A stretch of 64,000 nt of DNA from Candidatus Yanofskybacteria bacterium RIFCSPLOWO2_01_FULL_42_49 (GTDB taxonomy: Bacteria; Patescibacteriota; Minisyncoccia; 2-02-FULL-40-12; GWA2-44-9), in contig MGKI01000014.1 of the NCBI GenBank assembly GCA_001795615.1, forward strand, positions 69,380-133,379, given 5' to 3'. Each line of letters starts with the position of its first letter. Position 1 is the first letter of the stretch. Below are positions 46,669-55,462 of the stretch, in pieces. Made by a program: the position numbers and the translations under genes. Under the pieces are notes generated by a model that saw nothing but the letters and a program-made list of their open reading frames with translations, was not told the origin of the DNA and did no database searches.

Positions 46669-47708
46669 CAGATTAACTTTTCAGTCCAAGTTTTAGGAGT
46701 TTTAGGGTGTTCAAGCTCTAAACTTTTCAAATAAAAAAACGGTTGCTTGCCTATAGATTTAGCCCATTTCATCATTTTTTCAACTCCATTTGACAAATCG
46801 ACTTTGGGCCTAAATCCTAAGAGTTTCTCAGCCACTTTATGCTCACAATAAGCATATTTAACCTCACGGGGTCGATCGGGTACATTCTTGGGAAGAATCG
46901 TTTTAGGAACATTTTTCATATCGCCATAAAATGTTTTTAATACAATTTCGGCTAATTCCTTTAAGGTTACTGGTTTATCAGAACCAATATTTATAATCTT
47001 GCCTTCGCATTCTTTTTTAAAAGCAGCTTTTACGGTAGCCGGCGCCACATCATCAATATAAGAAAATGCTCTTTTTTGCATCCCGTCACCATAAATATAA
47101 AAATTCCGACCGTGAAGTAAACTGTTAATAAAAATTCCGACAACATTTCTGTAGGGATCGGACAAATTTTGTCTGGGACCATACACATTATGTGGCCTGA
47201 TAATGACATATTTAAAACCATAAACATCAGACAAGACATGAGTCGTCTTTTCCATGGACATTTTAGAAATACCATAAATATCTTCCGGCTGAGGTATCAT
47301 ACTCTCCCTGAATGGAACTTGCTGCGCTCCGTATACACTCATTGAGCTGGTCAATATAATTTTCTTCAAACCGTGTTTGATGGCCGGAACGAGAAGATTT
47401 ATATAAGCGACAATATTTCTATCAATAGCGCTGAATGGGGTAAACTGGCTTCTGCCCTCGGTTGCGTCGGCAGCAAAATGAAAAATGATGTCTGGCTTTA
47501 GTTTTGCAATATAATTTGCAGTTTTTATTCGATCTCGTAAATCAAGTTTCGTGAAGAATTTTTTTTGCGAAACATTTCTCATAAATCCTCCCGAGAGATC
47601 ATCCACTCCATAAACTCGACAACCCATATTAAAAAGCAGATCATAGACATGACTCCCTATAAAACCAGCCGAACCGGTGACTAAAATTTTTGGTTTATTC
47701 AAGCTCAT
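46668..47708 (-). CDS. NAD-dependent sugar-nucleotide epimerase/dehydratase (extended SDR)
   Basis: ILVTGSAGFIGSH and YGISK (YxxxK). Confidence 0.8.
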   Translation of the reverse strand: MSLNKPKILVTGSAGFIGSHVYDLLFNMGCRVYGVDDLSGGFMRNVSQKKFFTKLDLRDRIKTANYIAKLKPDIIFHFAADATEGRSQFTPFSAIDRNIVAYINLLVPAIKHGLKKIILTSSMSVYGAQQVPFRESMIPQPEDIYGISKMSMEKTTHVLSDVYGFKYVIIRPHNVYGPRQNLSDPYRNVVGIFINSLLHGRNFYIYGDGMQKRAFSYIDDVAPATVKAAFKKECEGKIINIGSDKPVTLKELAEIVLKTFYGDMKNVPKTILPKNVPDRPREVKYAYCEHKVAEKLLGFRPKVDLSNGVEKMMKWAKSIGKQPFFYLKSLELEHPKTPKTWTEKLI

Positions 47709-48738
47709 TAATTATATCTTTGAACTTTCCACCCAATATAAGCGGGGAAGCATTATTTTTAAACTTCTCATAACCATTAGCGGCTATTTTATTCATTAGT
47801 GCTGGATCTTGTTTCAGGCGTAAAATAGCATCGGCCAAAGATTCTGGATTTGCCGGTTCCACCAATATTAAATCTCCTTCATTAAACAACTCTCTCACTG
47901 CCGGTGTATTAGCCGTAACAATCGGTTTCTTCATAGCCAAACACTCATAGACTTTATTAGGAATAACTCTCTGCGTTTTTTGAGTATTACCAAATATCCC
48001 TAGACAAACATCGGCCTTGGCAATATTTTCTCTTATCCATTCCTGGCTCATAAAATCCGTGAATTCGACATTTTTTAAACCAAGTTTATCAGACAACTCT
48101 ACCATCTTTTTTTTCTCTTGTCCATCCCCAATAATAAGGAATTCGATGTCGTCTTTTTGGCATATTTTTGCCGCTCTTAAAATATACTCGATCCCCTGCA
48201 GGGGTATAAACGACCCATGAAAAACAATGAGAAATTTACCAGAATTTAACTGTGGCATAGGATAAAACACGCTATCCCTTGCCCCTATCCATATTCTTCT
48301 AAACTTTCTTGTTTTTATTCCAAATTCTTCCGATGCATATTGGATATGCTGATCAGTATCAAATAAAACGATATCAGCCAGTCGCATAGACAGCCAATCT
48401 AAAACCCAATAATAAAAAGCTCTTAGGGAACCCGCCCTTACTGTTTTACGGTCAAAGACATTTGAGTCATAAAGGGATAGGAACGCATCAAAAACAATAG
48501 GCTTTCTTGAGATCAGCTTTGCAAAAGGCACAATTTGCTGCCCTAAAAAACCGACCACCATCACATCATATTTATTTTTTAATCGTCTATGTTTTTGGTA
48601 AAGTTTTATGAATTTACCAATTCCGGGTGAATCATCCCTACACTCAATTACCTCAACATCATTCTGCTTTAAGCCATCTATCAAAACTCTATTTCTGGAA
48701 TAATCCGGATTGTACGATCCAAAATATAAAACTCTCAT
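47695..48738 (-). CDS. GT-B fold glycosyltransferase (GT4-like)
   Basis: The C-terminal block ...NKVYECLAMKKPIVTANTPAVRELF... and overall architecture resemble 32692-33741. Confidence 0.65.
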   Translation of the reverse strand: MRVLYFGSYNPDYSRNRVLIDGLKQNDVEVIECRDDSPGIGKFIKLYQKHRRLKNKYDVMVVGFLGQQIVPFAKLISRKPIVFDAFLSLYDSNVFDRKTVRAGSLRAFYYWVLDWLSMRLADIVLFDTDQHIQYASEEFGIKTRKFRRIWIGARDSVFYPMPQLNSGKFLIVFHGSFIPLQGIEYILRAAKICQKDDIEFLIIGDGQEKKKMVELSDKLGLKNVEFTDFMSQEWIRENIAKADVCLGIFGNTQKTQRVIPNKVYECLAMKKPIVTANTPAVRELFNEGDLILVEPANPESLADAILRLKQDPALMNKIAANGYEKFKNNASPLILGGKFKDIINELE

Positions 48739-49796
48739 GACATTATCATCTCACTGATTTTATCAATTAACTTATAGAGATTATGATTTTCTATAACATA
48801 ATTTCTTAGGTCTGGATTAGCTTGCTGTTTGGCTATAATAACTATTTTATCGGCCAAATCCATCGGATTATTTTCAAATAAAAACAATCCTGTCGACATA
48901 AAAGCTCGAGCAGCGTCACTTGAACTTAGAATTTTCATACCACACGAGATAGCCTCAAGCATAGTTTTGTCTAAACTACCGGTTTTGCTTAAGTGGATAA
49001 ACAAATCATGGGACTGATAATATCGAGGCAAATCGTCATGACCTACTTTACCTAAAAATTTAAAACAGCTTTCCAGTCCCAGACTCTTTATTTTTGATTT
49101 TAAATCTTTTTCATAAGTTTTATCTTCTTCAAGTGCGGGCTCACCAATCATTGTAACTTGAAAATTTATATTCCAACCTTTGAGCAATTTGCATGCATCT
49201 ACTAATATTTCATAATTTTTGACTGGCGCTATTCTACCCACGCTTAGTATTTTGAGTTTTTCAGGTTCTAGTTTTGGCCGATTGCTTGGCTTAAATAATT
49301 CTGTATCAATTCCATGACCAGTAACAATAACTTTATTTGATTTCAAGCGGAAGCTTTCGGGAGAAGCGGTAAAAATAGTATCCGCAAACTTTTCAGCCCA
49401 CCTTAACTGAAATGTCACTCCTCCACTCGTATACCAAAAAAAACTTCTCTTGCCCAATAACTTCCATAACATACCGCCCGCTATCATCCAGATAGGATTC
49501 ATGTGGACAAAGACCGCGTCGTATTCACGACGACGAGTAGAGAGTAGGAAGTATAAAGTATAAAGTTGTCGAATCTTTGAATGGCCTTTATCTTTACCTA
49601 AACTTAGAACTTCAACATTTTCTGGTAAATTAAAACCGCTTTTTTCAAGACAAAAAACGGTCACTTTTTCAAACTTCTTTGAAAATAATCTTATCCACTC
49701 AATGAAAAAACCGAGCAACTGGTCGTTTTCATCGACGGTTTTAGTTGTAATTAAAAGATTCATTGTTGCATTGCCGTATTGCTGAATTGCTAACAA
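48735..49796 (-). CDS. GT-B fold glycosyltransferase (GT4-like)
   Basis: C-terminal ...LEAISCGMKILSS.... The track start is a TTG; ATG at ~49763 (MNLLITTK) is more plausible. The gene contains a degenerate 7-nt periodic tract at 49537-49564. Confidence 0.6.
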   Translation of the reverse strand: MLAIQQYGNATMNLLITTKTVDENDQLLGFFIEWIRLFSKKFEKVTVFCLEKSGFNLPENVEVLSLGKDKGHSKIRQLYTLYFLLSTRRREYDAVFVHMNPIWMIAGGMLWKLLGKRSFFWYTSGGVTFQLRWAEKFADTIFTASPESFRLKSNKVIVTGHGIDTELFKPSNRPKLEPEKLKILSVGRIAPVKNYEILVDACKLLKGWNINFQVTMIGEPALEEDKTYEKDLKSKIKSLGLESCFKFLGKVGHDDLPRYYQSHDLFIHLSKTGSLDKTMLEAISCGMKILSSSDAARAFMSTGLFLFENNPMDLADKIVIIAKQQANPDLRNYVIENHNLYKLIDKISEMIMS

Positions 49797-49830
49797 TGTA
49801 ACAATTTAACAATATAACAATTTTAAGATT
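49764..49830. repeat. Leader region with 8-nt periodic ATTGTTAN x4 and CAATNCNN x3 repeats upstream of gene 48735-49796
   Basis: Read on the - strand: AATTGTTATATTGTTAAATTGTTACATTGTTAGCAATTCAGCAATACGGCAATGCAACAATG. Confidence 0.7.
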
Positions 49831-51018
49831 TCAGTCCTCTAAAATCTTGAAGAGTTTATCAGCATAATTCTTGACCATAATTTTCCTCTCAAACTTACTG
49901 GCAAGTTCGACTCCAGTTGCCGATAACCTCTCTCTTTCTTCGCCATTTTCTAAAAGTTCTCTGGCTTTTTGGGCGATATCTTCGGCATTCCAGTCAATTA
50001 TTTTGGCCACATTCTTTTCGGCAAAATCAGGTATCAAGCCGACATTAGTCGCTAAAACCGGCACGCCACAAGCCATTGCTTCTAAAATAACTCTCGGTCC
50101 GCCTTCGTTGTAGGAGGGCATAATTAGAATTTTGGACTTATTCATAAGTTCGGCTATTTCTTTCTGGTCTTTCGCCCAGCCGTAATTGGTAATTGGTAAT
50201 TGGTAATTGGTAATTTGCGATTGTACCCAATCACGAAGTGCTCCATCCCCAACAACTAAACATTTGATTCTTGATTCTTGATTCTTGAAATTTCTTATCA
50301 CTTCAAGCAATAAGGTGATCCCTTTGTTATTTTCTAGCCGACCAACAAATATCAGATCGTATTCTTTGAATAAACTTAAAGGTTTAAAAATGTCCAAATC
50401 AATATACATTGACGGGATATAAACAATTTTTTCTTTTGGCACACCTGATTTTATAAGAAATTCAGGAACCTGAATTTGATTTACCACCCTAACCGCTAGT
50501 GCCCTTGAAACATCAAATTTTGTAAACCACCTCATTAAATTCCGATAAACGCTTTCTTTAAAACTTGCTGCTTTAGGGTATCCGGGAATGTGATGAATTT
50601 CTAAAACATATGGCACACGGATTTTCCACCACAACAACCTCGCCCCGATACCGTTATAAAACGGGGGGAATTCGTGAACTGTCATCAGGTCAAATTTTTG
50701 TTCTTTGTAAATCTCCAGGCTCTTTTTTAAAAACCAAAACGGATGAAAAATTAACGGCCACGGAGAAATGTGGACATAAACGTTTCCGAATAAGTTTATA
50801 ATTTGAGATTTGGTCCGCCAGTTGGCGGATTGAATTTGTTTAGAGTTTAGAGTTTCGAGTTTAGAGTTTCCCGAATTGATATTATTTGTTTTGGGACAAA
50901 TAATATCAATTCGGGTCCAGTATTTGCTAAACTCTTCCAGAGTATTATAAAATGCCCCTTTCCTGCCGGAAGCTAAGTCTCTCGCACTGCCTAAACCGGT
51001 TATCATGAGCAGTTTCAC
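49831..51018 (-). CDS. GT4-family glycosyltransferase containing three in-frame heptanucleotide tandem-repeat tracts
   Basis: C-terminal EAMACGVPVLATNVGLIPD. The coding sequence contains (GTAATTG)x4, (TTGATTC)x3 and (GTTTAGA/GTTTCGA)x4. Confidence 0.75.
   Translation of the reverse strand: MKLLMITGLGSARDLASGRKGAFYNTLEEFSKYWTRIDIICPKTNNINSGNSKLETLNSKQIQSANWRTKSQIINLFGNVYVHISPWPLIFHPFWFLKKSLEIYKEQKFDLMTVHEFPPFYNGIGARLLWWKIRVPYVLEIHHIPGYPKAASFKESVYRNLMRWFTKFDVSRALAVRVVNQIQVPEFLIKSGVPKEKIVYIPSMYIDLDIFKPLSLFKEYDLIFVGRLENNKGITLLLEVIRNFKNQESRIKCLVVGDGALRDWVQSQITNYQLPITNYGWAKDQKEIAELMNKSKILIMPSYNEGGPRVILEAMACGVPVLATNVGLIPDFAEKNVAKIIDWNAEDIAQKARELLENGEERERLSATGVELASKFERKIMVKNYADKLFKILED
50183..50217. 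repeat. Heptanucleotide tandem repeat (GTAATTG)x4 plus partial unit, inside the GT4 coding sequence
   Basis: Perfect copies at 50183-50210 encode ...ITNYQLPITNY... on the - strand. The unit length is not a multiple of 3. Confidence 0.85.
50264..50284. repeat. Heptanucleotide tandem repeat (TTGATTC)x3 inside the GT4 coding sequence
   Basis: Perfect copies, about 45 nt from the GTAATTG tract. Confidence 0.8.
50838..50868. repeat. Heptanucleotide tandem repeat (GTTTAGA)x4, one variant unit, in the 5' coding region of the GT4 gene
   Basis: GTTTAGA GTTTAGA GTTTCGA GTTTAGA GTTTCCC. Confidence 0.8.
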
Positions 51019-51077
51019 TGCTTAATGTACAATTTACAACATACAATATACAATCTTTTATTGTTGATTGTCGATTG
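51019..51077. repeat. Leader region of GT4 gene 49831-51018 with 7-nt periodic repeats (ATTGTAN x4; CAATCNA x3)
   Basis: On the - strand: ...CGATTAACAATCGACAATCAACAATAAAAGATTGTATATTGTATGTTGTAAATTGTACATT.... Confidence 0.75.
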
Positions 51078-52241
51078 TTAATCGTTAGTTAGTATCTTTA
51101 TTGTTTCCTCTACCATTCTATTCGAACTGAATCTGGCAACGGTGTCTTTGCCTGACTCCGTAAGTCCTTCTTTAAATTCAGGGTTTTGCCAAATTGTTTT
51201 AATCGCCTCCACCAGATTAAATTCGTCATTATATTTAACTAAAAAGCCGTTATCTCCTTGCGTTATTAACTCCCTGTTACCGCCCACCGCAGACGCAATC
51301 ACCGGTATGCCGCAGGTCATTGCTTCCAAAATCTGATGGGAAAAGCCCTCATAGCCGCTATTAAGAACAAACATATCTGCAGCCGCCAGATATGTGGCAA
51401 GTTCCTCTCTTGGTTTTTTTCCGGCCAGAAAAACTTTTTTGTCCAAATTCAAATTGTTAATCATCAAGTTCAGGGATTCCCGATCCGGACCATCACCGAT
51501 AATTACAAGGCGCGCAAATTGATTTAAATTCAGAAGTTGAGGCATTATTTTTATAAGCATCCTGAAACCTTTCCACGGAACCAGCCGACCGACCGAAAGA
51601 ATTATGTTACCATGAATGCCAATCTTGCTCCTTGCTTCTTCTTTTGACAAATCTGACGGCTTAAAATCAACGCCGTTATAAACGATTTTGATTTTGGTTT
51701 CCGGCACCCCCCAGCCCTTCACAATACCGTTTAAATATTTCGAGGGAACAATTACCAAATCCGATTTTTTACAAACCCAACCCTGTAATTTATACAAAAG
51801 GCCAATCCAACCCTTTTTCTTGGATTCCTGGAAATCATCAATAAGAAGCTTCACCTTACCATTCCCCACTCCAACTTCCCAGGCATAATCGCCAACGATC
51901 CTTACAATGAATTTTTTTCTGAGGATTTTAGAAACAACCAGGGACGGAAACCCCGCACTCCAGACATTCAGGGCAAGAATAATATCACTCTTTCGGGCTA
52001 GCCCCAGAAGCTTAATCCCAAAAATAAAATGTTTAATCCAAATCGGCCACTTTCCCCAGACACGAACAATCTTAAATTTGTATTTAGAATCGAAATTGCT
52101 AGTTCTAAATTTTCTTGAATAAGTTAACACGCCAACATTAAATCCCCTGCCATTTAAAGCACCGGCCATAAACCCGGCATAAGACGCCGGACCGCCTATG
52201 TCGGGAGGGAAAATTCCCGTTGTAATTAAAATTTTATTCAT
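51078..52241 (-). CDS. GT4-family glycosyltransferase
   Basis: EAMTCGIPVIASAVGGNRELI. Confidence 0.75.
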   Translation of the reverse strand: MNKILITTGIFPPDIGGPASYAGFMAGALNGRGFNVGVLTYSRKFRTSNFDSKYKFKIVRVWGKWPIWIKHFIFGIKLLGLARKSDIILALNVWSAGFPSLVVSKILRKKFIVRIVGDYAWEVGVGNGKVKLLIDDFQESKKKGWIGLLYKLQGWVCKKSDLVIVPSKYLNGIVKGWGVPETKIKIVYNGVDFKPSDLSKEEARSKIGIHGNIILSVGRLVPWKGFRMLIKIMPQLLNLNQFARLVIIGDGPDRESLNLMINNLNLDKKVFLAGKKPREELATYLAAADMFVLNSGYEGFSHQILEAMTCGIPVIASAVGGNRELITQGDNGFLVKYNDEFNLVEAIKTIWQNPEFKEGLTESGKDTVARFSSNRMVEETIKILTND

Positions 52242-53077
52242 TTTCGGATAAATAAATTGTATCTGATTATATGATAAATCGCCGCAATTCCATCCTTCCA
52301 GTTTATTTTCTTTCCTTCCTCATAAGTCCGACCCTCATAAGAAACAGGTACTTCAACTATTTTTAAATCCAATTTTCCAACCCAAGCGGTCAGCTCCGGA
52401 TCAATACCAAATCTTTTAGAATCAAGGCGGGGATAAATCTGGTTGATTGCCTCTCTGGTAAATACTTTATAGCAAGTATACATGTCTGTTAACCAAATAC
52501 CGCTTAAAAAATTAGACAGCCAATTTAATATCTGACTAACAATATAACCTTGCTTATAAACGATTTTATTCCCCAGCCTTGGATCAAGAAACCGCGAACC
52601 GTAAACGACATCAGCCTTGCCGTCCAAAATCGGTTTTATTAAAGTTGGATAATCTTGCGGATTGTATTCTAAATCAGCGTCCTGAATAAGCACAACATCT
52701 CCTGTCGCCTCCTGAAAGCCTTTTTTAACTGCCACCCCTTTGCCCATATTCTTATCTAAAAACAAAACCATGATCTCTTGTGAGAGGTTGTGTGGAGGGG
52801 CATCCTCCACACTTTTGGAAATGTGTTGTAGTATTTCCCGCGATCCGTCAGTTGAACAATCGTCCACCATTATTATTTCTTTATCCAATGATATTTCAAT
52901 TTTTCTTATTGCGGCCAAAATTGCCGGGATAGTCTTCCTTTCGTTAAATACGGGAATTATTATGCTTAACTTTTTGTGTGATTCACTGTTCATTGTTCGA
53001 AGCCTCCAGATATAATTCTCTAAATTTATCAGATATTTTATCCCAAGTATATTTCGCTTCCACCAGTTTACGACCAT
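52238..53077 (-). CDS. GT2 polyprenyl-phosphate sugar synthase-like (DPM1/Ppm1-like, soluble type)
   Basis: LSIIIPVFNERKTI, MVDDCSTDGSREIL and a later DxD block IQDADLEY. No C-terminal TM helices. Likely start is MNSESHKK at ~52993. Confidence 0.7.
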   Translation of the reverse strand: MVVNWWKRNILGIKYLINLENYIWRLRTMNSESHKKLSIIIPVFNERKTIPAILAAIRKIEISLDKEIIMVDDCSTDGSREILQHISKSVEDAPPHNLSQEIMVLFLDKNMGKGVAVKKGFQEATGDVVLIQDADLEYNPQDYPTLIKPILDGKADVVYGSRFLDPRLGNKIVYKQGYIVSQILNWLSNFLSGIWLTDMYTCYKVFTREAINQIYPRLDSKRFGIDPELTAWVGKLDLKIVEVPVSYEGRTYEEGKKINWKDGIAAIYHIIRYNLFIRK

Positions 53078-54143
53078 TTGTTATTAATCTGTTCCTTAGG
53101 TTGTCATCGGACAATATCGTATTTATTTTTTCTGCGATATCTTCCGGATCGCCTACCTTGCAGAAAAGGCCCGTCTCGCCATCTTTAAGAAAGTCGGGAA
53201 TACCACCGACTGGCGTGGCGACAACCGGTAAACCGGCCGCCATTGCCTCTAAAAATGCTATGCCTAGGCCTTCGGAAAGAGATGGGCGGACAAAAATACT
53301 TGCTTTGGCTAAATACTGGGGCAGTAAGTCATTTGGAACCTCACCTATAAATTCAATGTTGTTTTCTAATCCCAGCAACGACGATTTTGTTTTTAATTCT
53401 TTTGCTTGTTCTCCGCTGCCGACAACAAGAAGTTTAATATCGGGAACTTCTTTTTTAACTACAGCAATCGCGTCAACCAAGTCCCCTATACCGTTCTTTT
53501 TAACCAAACGGGAGCTTGTGATAATAACTTTCGAATTATGCTCACCTTCCGGCTTAAATTTACTAACATCAACTCCGTTTGGAATTATTGATATCGGCAC
53601 CTTTGAATTTTGAGACCTAACATACTGCGCCAAATAGTTGCTGATAACAGTAATGACATCGGCTTTTCTAAAAATAAAATGCCTTAAAAATCTCATAAGC
53701 CACGGCTGCCTGTTTAAATCTTTGCCCTCCTGGATTGTCAGTAAAAAAGGGGTTTTTGGATAAACCCACTTCAATAACCATCCCCCTCCCGCTGCCTGTG
53801 AGGCTTGGTAGGCGTGTATGACATCATAGTGCCCCTGTTTGCGTATCAGTTTTACTGCTTTCAAAAAAACAGAGATGGGAAAGAAGTTTTTGGGCAACAA
53901 AAAAGAAGAGAGGCCCATTATTTCGCCAACGCGATAGACATTTACATCGCCGATCCTTTCATATTCTGGAACGTCTTTAGACAACTGGGATGTTATCAGA
54001 TCAAACTTAATTTCCGGCAAACGATCTGTGGTATTTTTTATAGCAAGTTCTGAACCACCAATCTGGGGCAAATAAGCCGTGGTAAGTATCAAAACCCTTG
54101 TTTTTTCTAGCATTTGTGCTATTATGTTAACAAAAATGGACAC
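52983..54143 (-). CDS. GT4-family glycosyltransferase
   Basis: LEAMAAGLPVVATPVGGIPDFL. The track start is GTG at 54143; ATG at ~54113 (MLEKTRVLIL) is more plausible. Confidence 0.75.
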   Translation of the reverse strand: MSIFVNIIAQMLEKTRVLILTTAYLPQIGGSELAIKNTTDRLPEIKFDLITSQLSKDVPEYERIGDVNVYRVGEIMGLSSFLLPKNFFPISVFLKAVKLIRKQGHYDVIHAYQASQAAGGGWLLKWVYPKTPFLLTIQEGKDLNRQPWLMRFLRHFIFRKADVITVISNYLAQYVRSQNSKVPISIIPNGVDVSKFKPEGEHNSKVIITSSRLVKKNGIGDLVDAIAVVKKEVPDIKLLVVGSGEQAKELKTKSSLLGLENNIEFIGEVPNDLLPQYLAKASIFVRPSLSEGLGIAFLEAMAAGLPVVATPVGGIPDFLKDGETGLFCKVGDPEDIAEKINTILSDDNLRNRLITNGRKLVEAKYTWDKISDKFRELYLEASNNEQ

Positions 54144-55407
54144 TCAAATCAATGCCCCAGAACACAATACTATAGACTCCAAACAAAAGGTTTTATTTGT
54201 GATAACTCAGTCCGAACTCGGAGGTGCTCAAAGGTTTTTGCGCACATTGGTTAATCGTTTAGACAAGAACCAATACAAGCTGCTCGTTGCCGCAGGACCG
54301 ATCTACACAGGACACAGGATACAGGACACAGAACACAAAAGTTACGATTTATTAGATCAACTAGAAACAGAGGGGCTTAAAACAGCCAGATTAAGACACC
54401 TTCACAGAGAAATAAGACCCCTTTCTGACTTAAGAGCCATTTTAGAACTAAGAAAAATAATAAAAGAATTCAAGCCAGACACGCTTTTCCTCTTAAGCTC
54501 CAAGGCCGGCTTCATTGGCTCTCTAGCCGCTCGAAATATCAAAATACCTGTCCGTCCGGCAGGCGAGTCGAAATATCGAAATATCGAGGTCGTCTATCGT
54601 ATCGGCGGCTGGACCTTCAACGACCCGTGGCCGGCATGGAAGAAAAAATTATGGGTATTTTTGGAAAGAATAAGCGCAAAATGGAAAGACGTGATAATCG
54701 TTAACAATAAGCACGACCTAGAACAAGCACACGAATTAAAAATAAAACCGAGAAAAGAAATAAAACTAATTCACAACGGTCTCGATGTTTATAAAATAGA
54801 TTTCCTGCCCAAAGAAGAAGCAAGGCTAAAATTATTCGAAAAAGCATCAAGACAATCCGGAAGAATATTCAACGCCGGAATAATCGTGGGCACTGTCGCA
54901 AATTTTTATCCGACTAAGGGCCTTGAATATCTCATTAGCGCGGCAGAACATTTCAAAAATAATGACGACATTACTTTCGTTGTTATTGGTGACGGAACAG
55001 AACGGTCCCATCTTGAACATTTAATCGCTGACAAGGGCCTTGATAAAAAAGTCCTCTTGTTGGGCCAGTTGCCTGATGCCTACCGGGTTATCCCGGCATT
55101 TGATATTTTCATCCTGTCTTCGGTAAAAGAAGGCTTTCCGTGGGCTGTAATTGAAGCCATGGCTGCGAAAGTGCCGGTTATCGCTACGAGAGTCGGAGCA
55201 ACACCGGAAATCATAGAAGATGATAAAAACGGCATGCTTGTAGAACCAGGCCGGCCAGAACAAATAGCCAAGAAGATACAAGAACTGGTGGCCAACGAAC
55301 ACCTAAGGCAGGAACTGGGCATACAAGCCCACCAAACGGTTTTGTTTAAATTTTCACTCGACAAGATGATAAAAGAAATCGAATCGGCAATGAGCAATAA
55401 TCAATAG
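54079..55407 (+). CDS. GT4-family glycosyltransferase
   Basis: IEAMAAKVPVIATRVGATPEII. Probable start is ATG 54124 or 54136. It diverges from 52983-54143 with almost no spacer. It contains a heptamer tract at 54306-54340. Confidence 0.75.
   Translation: MVSIKTLVFSSICAIMLTKMDTQINAPEHNTIDSKQKVLFVITQSELGGAQRFLRTLVNRLDKNQYKLLVAAGPIYTGHRIQDTEHKSYDLLDQLETEGLKTARLRHLHREIRPLSDLRAILELRKIIKEFKPDTLFLLSSKAGFIGSLAARNIKIPVRPAGESKYRNIEVVYRIGGWTFNDPWPAWKKKLWVFLERISAKWKDVIIVNNKHDLEQAHELKIKPRKEIKLIHNGLDVYKIDFLPKEEARLKLFEKASRQSGRIFNAGIIVGTVANFYPTKGLEYLISAAEHFKNNDDITFVVIGDGTERSHLEHLIADKGLDKKVLLLGQLPDAYRVIPAFDIFILSSVKEGFPWAVIEAMAAKVPVIATRVGATPEIIEDDKNGMLVEPGRPEQIAKKIQELVANEHLRQELGIQAHQTVLFKFSLDKMIKEIESAMSNNQ
54306..54340. 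repeat. Degenerate heptanucleotide tandem repeat (CACAGGA-like x5) in a GT4 coding sequence
   Basis: CACAGGA CACAGGA TACAGGA CACAGAA CACAAAA, encoding ...YTGHRIQDTEHK.... Confidence 0.75.
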
Positions 55408-55462
55408 AAAATCCGCCCCACAAGAGCGGATTTTCTATCTTTATGATTGTCCTGTTTCTTAA

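Noticed and set aside
50183-50217. CRISPR array
   Set aside because: The tandem repeats are 7 nt units without spacers, far shorter than CRISPR repeats (24-48 nt) and lacking unique intervening sequences. No cas genes are present.
52790-52812. Perfect 9 bp inverted repeat GTGTGGAGG-GGCAT-CCTCCACAC inside the DPM1-like GT2 gene
   Set aside because: It encodes VEDAPPH within a conserved-looking ORF. It is a single occurrence with no flanking T-tract, so it is most simply a chance palindrome in coding sequence. It is noted only because it is GC-rich.
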